A stretch of 64,000 nt of DNA from Azolla caroliniana. Lineage: Eukaryota; Plantae; Polypodiophyta. The stretch is from assembly GCA_043228905.1 (NCBI GenBank), contig JBHGNT010000004.1, positions 6,262,001 through 6,326,000 of the forward strand. The letters run 5' to 3'. The translations under genes and the position numbers were made by a program. Below the pieces are notes generated by a model, which was not told where the DNA came from, did not search any database, and saw only the letters and a program-made list of their open reading frames with translations. Every line of letters begins with the position of its first letter. Position 1 is the first letter of the stretch. Below are positions 1-12,646 of this stretch, piece after piece.

Positions 1-19
1 ATCATTATACAAATTTTAC

Positions 20-2255
20 CTCCATAGGTGGTGATGACGACCTCATACACTTTGCCGACTTCAACGTCCCCGATCCCAACAAGCTGGCTAGCCTCGTTGC
101 CTTGTTGATCTGTGGGTTGATTATTAAGAGGAAGAAATTCGAAGTAAGCGAATGTTGGGACAATGGTGAATGTGGTTTCGTGAGGGGTGGTTATTGGGTT
201 GGTGTTCACGCCCACCCAAGTCTCTGTGGCTCCGTAGTCGGATGTCACCAGTCTTAGATGGCCTGCAATATGTTGTTGAAGCAAGACATGATTAATGTCA
301 AGTGGTTAATTATCGAGTCTCCATGATTTGAGTGTCATAAATAAATAGGCGTATTGGATGGTTTGCACAACTTTATTAAGAAAGTAATTAGATTAGTGAT
401 GTAATAAATAAACACAAAATATTGTGATCAATAGTTGTATATACGTGTGTATATACCAGCGATGTGCAAACTTCGCAGGCCTTATTAGGTTATGTATTAA
501 AAGAAAGAATATTTATTTTCATGAACTTGCTATCTTACCTGCGTAATATTGGAGCTTCTTGAGATATGGTAACATGGATCCGGTCATGATGGACAATATA
601 TACTTGCAATTGGGCCAGATCTGTGGTATGGCTCCACTCCAGTCATCAGCTAGCTCACCACAGATATTGGCAATATCGTCGGCTAGCTCGGGACGCGGTG
701 CTGTGAGCACGTGATCAGCCATCGCATCTCTGAGTTCTTGCTCTCGAACAAATGCATTGAGCTTTCCTGTGCGTATGTCTTCGCAGAGGCTCCGCCATTC
801 CTTTTGTAATGTCTTGAAGCCTTCGATGACAGTGTAGGCGAAGGTAGAGTGAATGAATTCGATGTCGTCCCTGAACACAAGTCCAGAGAGGAGGTGGCAG
901 TACATGGCTTGCCAGTTCTCTGCCGTGCGAATCACCGCTTGTGGTGAGCATGTTCTCACGTCGGCCGATTTGTATTTGAGTTTGAATGCCTCGCTCCGGA
1001 AGAGGTGAGTGGTCGCGGTACCCAATTTCAGGCCGCCTTTCGTCACCGAGAGCTGCCCGGAAAACACTAAATCCAAGACCTTCTTTCCTGACCGGATCTG
1101 AAATGCCCTGTGATAACAATTACACATGATCAGCTAACATATTCAGAGGATATGTATGTGCTGCTAAGAAATTCTAGACCATATGGTCCCATTTGGAACC
1201 TAAAAGACTCCATTTTTCCTCAACAATGTTACTACCTTCCAATGTTAATCTAACTAATCTAGCATTGTGAGCCTCCAAGAAAATGAGGTTTAGTTTTTCT
1301 TGTGAATAAATACCTGTATTAATCTGTTACCTACCTATGCTGCACTGAAAAGTTATTAAACTAATTAGATTATGTTAATAATTACATTAATAATATTTTA
1401 TTCTATAAAATTATACTTTGTTCGGAAAGCGCCCGAGATCCTTGCGAGTTTTAATGATGCGTCAAGAATCTCTTTGTACAACAGCAAATACTTCTGCTGC
1501 CCATCTGATGTTGTCCCTGAGCTGGTGAGCCATATAAATATGCAACAGTAATTAGAATACAGATTTAGAATTAACGAGTAATTATTATTTGACAAATCAT
1601 GAATAGATTACCATTTGATGAGTTGATTATATGAGCTTCTTAGTTAACATTCAAACAAGTGATATAATGATCAATATAATGTGGATTAACATCATTGCTA
1701 AGTGTGAAATTCTTAATGATGTGAATAAAGTGAATTAACATCATCATTAAGTGTGAGATTCTCAAATTTAAATATTAATTAACTATAAGATTCTTAATGA
1801 TTAATATCACATCAATTATTTGATGAGCATAATTAAATATGAATGAATTATTAGCACCAACTATTATTATAATTATTATGATCTGATTATAAACTCAATG
1901 GTATCGAATACAATCACTATATTATACAATACAATTTAAGTTTGTACCTTAGGGATAGGGTATGGATCGGGTCGGTGGTGAGAATAGAGGAGCGATCACC
2001 ATCAGCAATACGATCAAAATAAGGCTTAAGGTCGGAATGGGTAACAAGGGGCAATTTGTAGAGTGCGTCCACACCCAAGTGGCCTTCAAGGCCGAACTGT
2101 CGGAGATACTCGGTGTTGGCATTGCGCTCGAGAATCTCATGCAAAACTTCCGCTTGGATTTCTTTGGCATTACAAGTCTCTTGGTTGAAATTGGCAAGGA
2201 TTGCATCGGTAGAGCTATTAATCAAGGGGCCGGTCGTCAAGTCGGGTCCTGGCAT
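20..2255 (-). CDS. GH3: GH3-family acyl acid-amido synthetase, group I/JAR1-like. Exons 2255-1948, 1521-1417, 1107-539, 262-20; the gene continues off the left edge of the window
   Basis: Four GT-AG-bounded exons join in phase (308+105+569+243 nt). Motifs: LSSGTTSDGQQK (motif I), GTATT, IMTGSMLPYLKKLQYYAG, DYGATETWVGVN (motif II), YFEFLP, YEVVITTYGG. GTATT and TGSMxPY are typical of group I. Confidence 0.92.
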
Positions 2256-2464
2256 GTTGTTGGAAACCAAAAGACTTGATAAAAAATCTAGTGATAAAAA
2301 GTGATTGATGAAAACCAATAAGAAATTTGATGTAATGCAAATGTTTGGTCGGAAATTTGCTTAAAAACTTTTGCACTTGGCTTGATACTACAAGGATGGT
2401 TGCAGAGAAATGATGAAGGTATTTCAAGGTGGCACTCCTTGGACCACCACAAACCCCCATAGTC

Positions 2465-2478
2465 TTATTTATATAGAC
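2465..2478 (-). promoter_or_regulatory. Candidate TATA box of the GH3 gene
   Basis: CTATATAAATAA on the minus strand, about 215 nt upstream of the ATG. Confidence 0.4.
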
Positions 2479-4039
2479 CATGGGTTCTTGACAATTTTTA
2501 TTAATACATAAAAAGAAATCAATATACATAAAAATAAACTATAAAATATTTTCAAAAATATGTTTCTTATAAATAGGGTCTTCTTAGTGATAATCCCTCT
2601 TGGCCATTTTCCTTTTCATATAATCTTGTTGGCTACATGAGTTCTCTTTTTATTGTGTGTACATTGACACAAATTGAGAGCATGCTCAAGCAAATCTCCA
2701 TGAAACTTACTTTGCGATTTTTTATTTGTTTGATAATGACGTAGAAATCTTTACTAGACCTTGTCTTATGAGCCAATGTGTTTTGTCCTAATCTAACAAA
2801 ATGGTATTCCATATTTGAGTTATATTGCATTGGCTATCTAGCTGAATCATCCCTTGTCGCTCAAAAAGACTCTTTTTTGTTTATTAATGCAAGTACTACT
2901 ATGAATGTTATGCACTTTAAGAGAACCTAATATTCCACGTCCATTGCTTCTTAATGAAATCACACTCTTAAAAGTTTAACTTTTTGGAGACAAGAACGCG
3001 TAATGACCATAGGGGTATCAATGTTCACCACACCTCCTAGGTACTCCAATAGGGAGTAGATGTATCAGGGTTTGACAAACCACCAACTTAATGACTTCAA
3101 TTCAGTTTCACTATTCGTACAAATCAATGAGATGGCTTCTATCATGTCATTAATTTTTCTTTGCAAATATTCTGAAAGGAATTCTTTGTCAAATTTTGAG
3201 AGTGAACTAGAAGACTTTTCAAAATCATCGAGCTTGTACGGACCATTTGCAAGTTCTTACTAGAATTCAATCAATGATCTATTTGACAAGTCAGGTATGA
3301 AATGCAACAAATTGTTATAAGGGTCTACGATTGTTTATTATCATGTTGACTACCATATGAAGGAGCAAATTATTGCATAATTAGCAAGGGTACTCAACAT
3401 TTCTTGAATCTTAATGTAATTGATGTGTTTATGTTAAATAACTGAGGTTCTTGATGGGTTGGCATAGGTTAAAATATGCATCAAATTAAATCACAAGGAT
3501 GATGCATAATATCCCTAGACATACACACATTTGTACATGTTCAGATACATCCAATGCGATTGTACTAGTGTTATTCCTAAGCTTTGGTATATGGCCTTAA
3601 CTATTTTCTAATATTTATTGGAGGACTTTTCAATAAATCCATTGAATTTCGCAAGCGCCATTTAAAAAGTTCAAGAAAATGTCAAAGCTATTCCATTCAA
3701 TACCATATTTTTATTTATTCTTGTTTGATCGATGCTATTTTGACCTAGAAAAGTCAAAGCACAAATATAGTATCTTAAACACAAATTTTCTATATCACTA
3801 AGCATTTAGCAAACTTTAATTATACACATACTTGTTGGGCTTATGTCGAGTCCAAGATAATTATTGAAAAAATAAGCCACTTAAGTCTTGACTGAAAATA
3901 TAATTATGACAAAGGTACATGAAAACAATTAAGCAAAGTTGTTGTTGACTATTCTGTTATGCTTGCTAGGAACCTCATGCTTGACCGCTATATAGTAGAG
4001 ATTCCATATAATTTGCTGCATTTTTTGGAAATAATAAAA

Positions 4040-4466
4040 CCTTAGGTATGGATTTGCGCCTGCATTTAGAAGCTTGACTTTATGCTTCGTTCCATATCAA
4101 ATATAATATCGCCCTCAAACCAATATTTGGAATTGGTTCAAGTATAATGGAACCAACTTTTACGAATTGAATCTTGCGCTTTTACTTTGAAAAGACTATT
4201 TCCCATGCACATAAATGTACATTTGGTTATGGTTTAGATACTTTTAACAAGACCTTCGGTATGGATTTGCGCCTACATTTAGAAGCTTGACTTTATGCTT
4301 CATTCTATATCAAATATATTATCCCCCTCAAACCAATAATTGGAATTGCTTCAAGTATCATGGAACCAACTTTTACGAATTGAATCTTGTGCTTTTACTT
4401 TGAAAAGACATAATTTCCCATGCACATAAATGTACATTTGGTTTTGGTTTAGATACTTTTAACAAG
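4040..4466. repeat. Tandem duplication of a ~212-bp unit (2 copies)
   Basis: ggtatggatttgcgcct...gatacttttaacaag occurs at ~4040-4251 and ~4252-4466 with scattered substitutions. Confidence 0.9.
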
Positions 4467-6029
4467 TTATGATGAGTACGCGATCAAACCCTCTTGACAT
4501 ACTTCCAAATAAAAACAATGCTTGATGATTATTGCTCACTTTTGGTGGAATATTTCATTTAGTTATTATAATAGTAATGACCTTTGTATAGTCTACATGA
4601 TGTTACAAGGGAAATAGAAATGTTAGCACCAAGGAATACTTCTGCACGCACACACACAAATCCTCATTTGTATACATGACTTACATCAAGGAGAGTTCCT
4701 CTCTCTTTCTTCTTTTCCTTTTTTCTTCTTCATAGATTGGACCAATCCTATTGGTGGGACATGTCACTATCGATGCTTTGGGTCTAGAGCCTATCTCCTT
4801 CACTATTTCTTTGGTATGTATAAGATTGAGCCCATGCCTTTGGTATAATATAAAATGACCTACATCCACAATCCTTTACAATTTCGTTGGTATAATATTA
4901 TACAATATTTATTATCAATAGATGCTCACATGAGCATTGCCAAACATTAGGTCACCACAATGATGCAAATGTTACACAAGAGGCTCTCATGTGTTGAACA
5001 ATCTCATGATGCCCACAAAAATAAATGCACTTTGTTTTTGACAACTTGTCAACTAAGTGATAACCTTGAGTATCTTATGAAATTAAAGATAAATTGATGT
5101 ATTCAATCAAGAAAAACCAATAGAAAACCACATAAAGTATTTTTTGTCATTGAGAAAAAGTTAATGGCCCTTCTCGGATTGATGTGACGAGTTTCAAACA
5201 TGATACATTTGGTGGGATAGTAAGGGCTTCACCTTGAGTGACATTCTACATGAAGACCGTGCTTGCATCTCTTAGCTAGCCACTCAATGTGTTGCATGTA
5301 GTTCATTGGAACCTAGCCATAGGGGGCGTAGACTTAGTGTCTATGGGTTGTGCTCTTGGATAATATTAAGATACTACGATAGTTATACAATGTGTGATTT
5401 CAATAACAAGTGCTACCACAATAATCATATACATATAGACCAAACAATATATTGATTGACATATGAGTTACACAAAGCACATAATAATCACTTTTTTTTT
5501 TTTTTTTCAAAAGAAAGTATACTTCCATTAGTATTTAGAAAAGTCATAACAACATACAAAAATTTCCCCAAAACATCTTTATAAGATGCTAGTTGAAAAA
5601 ACAAAAGTTTTGATGAAAAGTTTTGACTCCAGCATAGAGTAAAGTAAACAATCAATTTGAAAATTGTTCTATAAAAAGCTTCCACAAAGGTCTACCAAAC
5701 GAGGTAAAATGCAATCTATACCCTTTTGTTATGCAATCAAGAACCTTCAATCTCCATAACATGTTGCAGGCTGTAAATAGCCATCTTCTTTCACCCGTTC
5801 CGGGTGATCAAGAGTCCTCAAGGGATGTTCCATTCAAGATCCCAATACCCTCTGTTTTTCTCTTTGTTTGATGCCTCGAGAAGATTGTCAAGGCCTCCAT
5901 ACTGAATGCAAACTATATGTCCCCCTGGTTTAAAGATTGTGGCTTGCGTACTTCCATTGTCCAGTGTTATAAGTGTGTGAAGCCTTTGTCTTATTTTAAC
6001 CCACATAATTGTTTGATAAGTTGGCACTG

Positions 6030-7020
6030 TCCATAAACATTCTGTATTAACACAAGCAGTTAATCTAAAGTTTTCCTCACCCACTCTCTATAGTATGCTT
6101 CGATGGCACCACAATCTTCACTCATCCTCATAACAAGAAAAATGCTTCATACAGTCCACTTCAGCCATCTCGACGATTAACATGTTGCAACATCTTGCCA
6201 AAGTCCACTAAAATCCTGCATAATCAACAGAACCCAGTATAAAAATTTCCTCACTCACTCATGCTATTCAACTTCAACCCCACCACCATCTTCACTCATC
6301 CTTATCTCATAAAAATTCTTCCTTCAGTCCACATCAGCCAACTCGTCAACTAGCATCTTGCCAATGTCCACACAAAACCTGTATTAACAACACAAAAACA
6401 GTTTACAAGTTTCCTCACCCACTCATCATAATCGGCTTCGACCCCCCCATCGTCTTCACTCATCCTTATCATAGAAAAAACTGCTTCATTCAGTCCCATC
6501 CAACATCTCACCTATTAACCGATTACCATCAAGGTCCTGTCAAACAAACAACAACAAAACGGGACACATGCTTCAATTCTTACCGCCATCATCAATCATC
6601 ACCATGAAATTAAAACATGCTCTCACATCAAACCTTGCTTCAGCCCATACCACCACCATTCTCACTGACAAATTGCTTCAATACCACATCACCTATCTCA
6701 ATTTATACCATTTTGAACCTGTTGTGATACTCCTCCTAATCTCTTCATTTTGCACATCAACAATGTGCTTCATTTCTACGTCACCCATCTATTCGTGCAG
6801 CTCCTAAAACTTGTATAAACAACAATAGCATAAATGTATTGTGTGTATCCCCTCCTAAACATGCGCTTCAATCCCCCGTCAACACTATCATTCATCCTTA
6901 CCAACTATAAAAACTTCCATGACTACACATATAAAATATAAAGTTTCTTCATCCCCTCATATATTTGCTTCAGCCCCCACACCCTCGCCACTCATCCTCT
7001 CATCATTAATAAGCTGTATA
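6030..7020. repeat. Degenerate tandem array with ~165-175-bp units (3 clear copies, ~3 faint)
   Basis: ttcctcac(c/t)cactc...atcttcactcatcc...cagtcc recurs at ~6072, ~6247 and ~6411; weaker echoes at ~6620, ~6850 and ~6945. Confidence 0.6.
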
Positions 7021-8496
7021 AGACAATAACTACATGACAACAACTAGAAGATTATCCTGTTTTTTGCACTCCCTAATATGAAACCTAAACTCTTCTTCAC
7101 TCCATCCCATGACACCAAATTCCATCAAGCATCATCCACGACAACCCTCTCGCCTTCTTGCTAATTGGCACCAAATTTTGTCTTGACATGTCCTTGATTT
7201 CCTTCCATCAAATTATAATAATCACTTTGAGTACAAATTATATATATACACTTTGAAACATTTTGTAAACATTCTTAAATTTGGACAAATCTTTGTTTGA
7301 TTCTATTACAAATATGTAAATACATGTATCGTATTGAACTATGTTTTCTATCCTCTATTACTTTTTTCAAATTTTATACATGGTTGGATGAGGATCCCAT
7401 TGGAATGGGGAAGTAGCATCTTGGAATGGAATCCTAGCATGGTTGGTTTTGTCTTGGTCCCACTTGGGCATAAAACAATGGACCTCACTTTTCACATTCA
7501 GTATTAGTTCCTAATAAATCTGAGCAATATCAACCCATGTCTCTACCATTATCTTGACATTCAAGACATATGCTTCTTTTCATTGCTATAATTTAGCATT
7601 ATGATCTATTGGGAGAAGGTGAACCTTGATCGCATTTGTTGCCCGTTCTTGAAAAAATGTTTATATTGTTATTTCCATTTGCTTGGCCCTTATGGGTTGT
7701 CTCAATCCTTAGGATTAAAAGTAATCCTCCCTTCTTGACACTCTTGATTAACCATCACTACGGGAAAATTACCATGGGATACTTATGGTTATGTCTGTTG
7801 CTTTGTTTTTTCTTAGAACTTGCATTGGGGCCTTGGGTCTCGCTATAAAAATAATGTCTACCTATCCTCATTAGACCCATCATTTGACTACATTGAGATT
7901 GTGATCTCGTGGTGATCAAACTCTTCTGGGAGCATGTGCCATTATCAGATACAACTTGACGCCATAACAATGGTATAGGATGTTGTTCAAGGCTAGGGTA
8001 TGTGTCGATCCCTTTGCTTGAGGGTGGTTGGGTGGATTAACACTCTTCTTTCTTTCACCGTCTCTTTATTATCTTATTTATGCTTACATTAGAATATATC
8101 TCTAACATTTGGTATTAGGGAGGCTTTCAATTGTTTTTAAAAAAAAAATTGTTTCTTTCTCATGGTGATCTATTGATGTGTTGTTTGAGGGTTGATTCAA
8201 AAAGTTGTTAAAAAAAGAACTTCGGTATTTCCTTTTTGTTGATCTATTTTTTGTATTTTTTGTGCAGGCTATATACATGTATCACATACTTGAGTGACCT
8301 TCTTGATGGCAAGCCTTCTTCAGCCTTGTGAGCTCCTTCCTTTGCTTTCTATTCCATGCCTTCACCCATCATGGGAGAGGGGTTTTTATTGTGGGACAAC
8401 CGCCTTTGCCACCCTACTTGAGGTGGTTTGTTCACTGCCTCTCACAAGGGCAGTTGCTTTTCTTTTTAATTTTTAATTTTTAATTCAATTATAAAA

Positions 8497-8808
8497 GGGA
8501 AAAGTACCAGGATACCCCTAGAAGTTCGTCTATTTACCAAAATGCCCCTGGAAGTTCCAAATTTACCAAACTACCCCTATGTCCAAAAAATTACACTTTA
8601 TAAAGTAATATACACTCAAATCTACAAGCCCTATTTACCAAAGATGGAAGAAATGGACCCAAACTAGCCCTATTTACCAAAGATTTGAGTGTATAATTAC
8701 TATATAAAGTGTAATTTTTTGGACATAGGGGTAGTTTGGTAAATTTGGAACTTCCAGGGGCATTCTGGTAAATAGATGAACTTCCAGGGGTATCCTAGTA
8801 CTTTTCCC
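8497..8808. mobile_element. Mutator-like MITE (312 bp)
   Basis: ~125-bp terminal inverted repeats (GGGAAAAGTAC...GTACTTTTCCC) and a perfect 9-bp TSD ATTATAAAA at 8488-8496 and 8809-8817. Confidence 0.93.
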
Positions 8809-11800
8809 ATTATAAAATTACAAAATCGTCCTTATTTTATCTCGACCTCCCCCCTTGATATAATTACATTTTTGTTCTTAACAATCTTAAACCTAGCATG
8901 ATCTTTTCAGAGGTTGTATCTTGGGCTTTCAAACTTTGATTCTCGAACTATAAATTGTACGCGCTCCTTGTCCCAAGCTCTGGATGGAAAAGTGTTTCTC
9001 CAGATTTTTAGCATTGTTTCAATACGTGATGTTGGGCGAGGAAGAGTATGATCCGGAGGCAGAGGCGGAAATTGGAGGATAAAGCCAAAGATATATAATA
9101 TATAATATATAATATTGATAAATAGTATTAAGGAAGCTACCGATCCGGATCCGCACCATTTTGTAATCGGGTAGCCGGATGAGGCACCGTTTTGTAATCT
9201 TACTAGATGCCTATATAAAGGGTTCAGTCTGATGTATGAAGTATGAAAATAATGGGAGTAATATGGTTGATTGTTTATCTTGTTGTCTATCTTGTGTACT
9301 TGCCATTTGTGCTATATATTGTGATCTTAAGCGTGTAATTGGGTGCCGGATACGTTGTATGTGTCTATAAGGCAATCTGTAAAATAATCGTATATTTATA
9401 AGTGTATGATTGAAGAATCATAATCCATATCTCCGACCACCCCTTTGGATAAGTATTCCGGAATGGAATACCTTGTGTTTGCAGCGAGTTCAACCCAAGA
9501 GTAACACAGTTTTAACAACTAGCAAGCAGTAGAGGAAATCTGACAATATCGGTCATTTCCCAGAGAGCTGTGGAGGTTGGCAGAACAAACAATTCATAGA
9601 GGGAGCCAACGCCATTCCGACGACAACAACAACCTTACTAGTTTGGTCGATGCTGAATCAATATTACAGACTTTAGCAACAGGAATTGGTAATTCAGATG
9701 CCTTTTTGGCATTTGAGTCGGGATCGGACAATGACACGAGCGACGAGCGAAGCGCCCATTCTAATCATCGATCTAGTCACGATACTCCCGACGAGCCGGA
9801 GGAAGATGAGTCCGAGCAAACACCAACATCGGAGTCGGACACTACGGCACCGACTTCCCCGACAGAACAAGTAATTCCGGTTCTAACACCGCCGACGGAA
9901 GAAGTTATCCTTGTACAACCTCCGACAGAGGAAGCCAATCTGGTGCCGACACCATTGGCATAGGAAATCATACCGACACCAGAACGTGTCGAAGAAGAAG
10001 ATACAATGCCATACCCTTATCCAAAGTACAATGATGAGCCGGAGGCGGAGGCACATGTCCACTCATTCCCGATGACATGGGAAGCCAACCATGTCTCTTA
10101 GTGGCTTGTCGGAACCCGAGGCAGATAATAATGTTTTTTGGAATTTGGCCTATCCCTAGATTGACAGGCCGTGAGATGGTACTCCTAACATAACCCAGGG
10201 ACTTTGCGACATTCCAAGCTTTGTGGGACAAGTTCCTACGACTATTTCACCGATAGGTCGCACAAAGGGAATTAATCGGAAGATTTTACACCACATATCA
10301 AGAAGCACATGAAACAATACCGTAGTTTATCATCAGATTTCAGAATCTTCACATGCAATTGATGCGGGCACCTCTGGAAGACGGGGTCAAAGAAATATTT
10401 CTGACGGCTCTACGAGAGCCACTCTGGACTACTTTGGCGGTTTTGGATTTAAGCACCAGTACTATCGATCAAGTAATTGATTGGACCCAGAACGGAAATC
10501 ACATGACGATGGGAGCCTTACAATGTGCACTGCCCAGGGAGGAAGACCTTCAATTCCGTCAAGCAATCCAATGTACAACGTGCCTAAACCCCGACCATTC
10601 CACCCTGGAATGCACCATGTGGACACAATGTTTGTTGTTCCACTCAAGGGCATATACCATGGACTGATGCGAATATAACCTATTGAATCAGCAAGCATCC
10701 TTGGTAAGGCAAATAGAGCCTTGAGAAGTTCTGGAGAGAGGGTTCACCGATACAGACCGGAGGAATGATTCCGGTACAATGACCGAAGGAGGAACGAGTA
10801 TCCCTATGACCAATACAATAGAGACTACTCTCCAGATTATGACCGGAGAAGAGGAGTCGAACGAAGGTACTCGGATAGGCAGGGGTACCATAACTAGCAC
10901 CGCAATTAGAACCACCGACGTGGGAATTACAATCGGAGAAATACGCGCCGGGACTTGGAGAAAGAGTACCTCCGGGGGCCTAACACAAGTAAAGCAGTAG
11001 CACATACAGAGCAACGAAGACCAAAAGAAATCAATCAGATGGCTCTTGATATGCAATCGGCGGGCAAAGATAAAGGCGAATCGAGTCGGCCCCAGAAAGT
11101 ATATTGCTATTATTGCTTACAAGAAGGACATTACAACAACCAGTGCCCAATCAAGATTAAGGAAAAATGCTGGTGATAAATATTGTTATAGCCAAAGTCA
11201 CCAATGCACAACAATTCATGACCTGGTCGAAGGGGAAAACCGCGGAATGGGAGGCATAGGAAGTGGTCCGGAGGGTAGCCATGGAATGGGTGCAACAAGC
11301 TAATCAACGGAATATCGGCAATATGCAACATGAAAAGGCCAAGTAGTCGAATGAAGAAACCGGCATAGTAGAAGAGGACCCAACATGGCTGGCATTGATG
11401 TAATGCCAAATCATATTGCCACTTGGCTGATTACTACAATTAGTGCCCTGTTTCACCGAAGGTCTTAAATCAGCATTGGTGCCACCAAAACCAACAACGA
11501 CACCAACGTATTTTACAAATACGAGTGAAGGACTAGCTATGGTCGACGCAAACAGTTCGATGGTGATCGTAATAATCAAAGGAAAAGAAGTAACCGACAC
11601 GATTACCAATGGAGGATCCGGTGTCACGTTGCTACGCACGTGCGTGTAGAATAAGGCGGGACCATGGGGGTCTCGGACGAGGGAGTAGAGGAGAAGGAAT
11701 AAGACACAAAATGGAAGCTTAGCTCAAGAGGAGAAGAGAAAGAATAGCACAATAACATAGAATAGATGGAGGCAAGATACTCAACAAGCTAGTTTAAGGA

Positions 11801-12646
11801 AACATAAACGCTTTACAATGGTGGCCGCCATGGCTGCACCAAAACGACTATGAGAAAAACCTTAGAAGAATAAGCAAGTAGCAAAGTATAGTAAAACCCT
11901 AAAGGAAACCCAAGAAGAAAACCCTAACCGAAACCCTAAAACCGAATAGGAAACCCTCGACCTAAGTGCTATGCCTCTCTCCCTCAAAATAGGCAACCCT
12001 TCATAAGTGACCTCTCCCTTCCTTTTATAGCCCAAGGAGGGAGAGACCTTACAATGTGGGACAAAATTTCCCCTCTTATTTCTATACACCTTTTCCTAGT
12101 ACACGTGTGCACATGTTGCACACCACCGACTTGCCCTTTCCACCCTGGTTTCCGCCTATGGACGAAAATCTTCACGACATCTGCCCCCACCAAACCGCAC
12201 ATCCACCGGTATGTGCCAAGAAGGGGAAATAGGTGAGATCTTCGGCCATGGCGGTCAACCGAGTCGTTAGCGTCTTTGTCAACTTTGCCCGACTTTGTCT
12301 TCCACTTCAAGCAAGCGCATCCGTCCCACATCGACCACCGTAGCCTCCCGGTCCGCCATATCCATCGTATGCTCTCGAACCGTCGGCTCCATCCGATCCA
12401 CCATACTCGATGGAGTTTGCCGAACCACTGTCTCCGCCCGGTTCGCCAGACCCAGTCTTCGCACACCTCTCTTTGTCTTCCTTCATTCTCCACGCGCGAC
12501 CTTGGATCGAATCCTCGTTCTTCCCGACTGTTTGCCGAAAATTGCACCGTGTGCTCTTCGTCCACGCTTGTCTTGCCTCAGCCGCTTCCTCGACTCGGCA
12601 TTGCCACACGCCGAACTTCGTCATCGATCATCCTCGTGCTTGTCGT

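Noticed and set aside
1917-2318. ORF-track start at 2318 and read-through C-termini for the GH3 exons
   Set aside because: Non-ATG start; ATG 2255 and the GT-AG sites give a consistent phase
2600-6030. Short ORFs in the AT-rich intergenic region
   Set aside because: No recognisable domains or supporting splice structure
8095-8125. ctaaca-tttggtattaggg resembling an LTR end plus iMet PBS
   Set aside because: Too degenerate; no partner LTR, TSD or coding remnant identified
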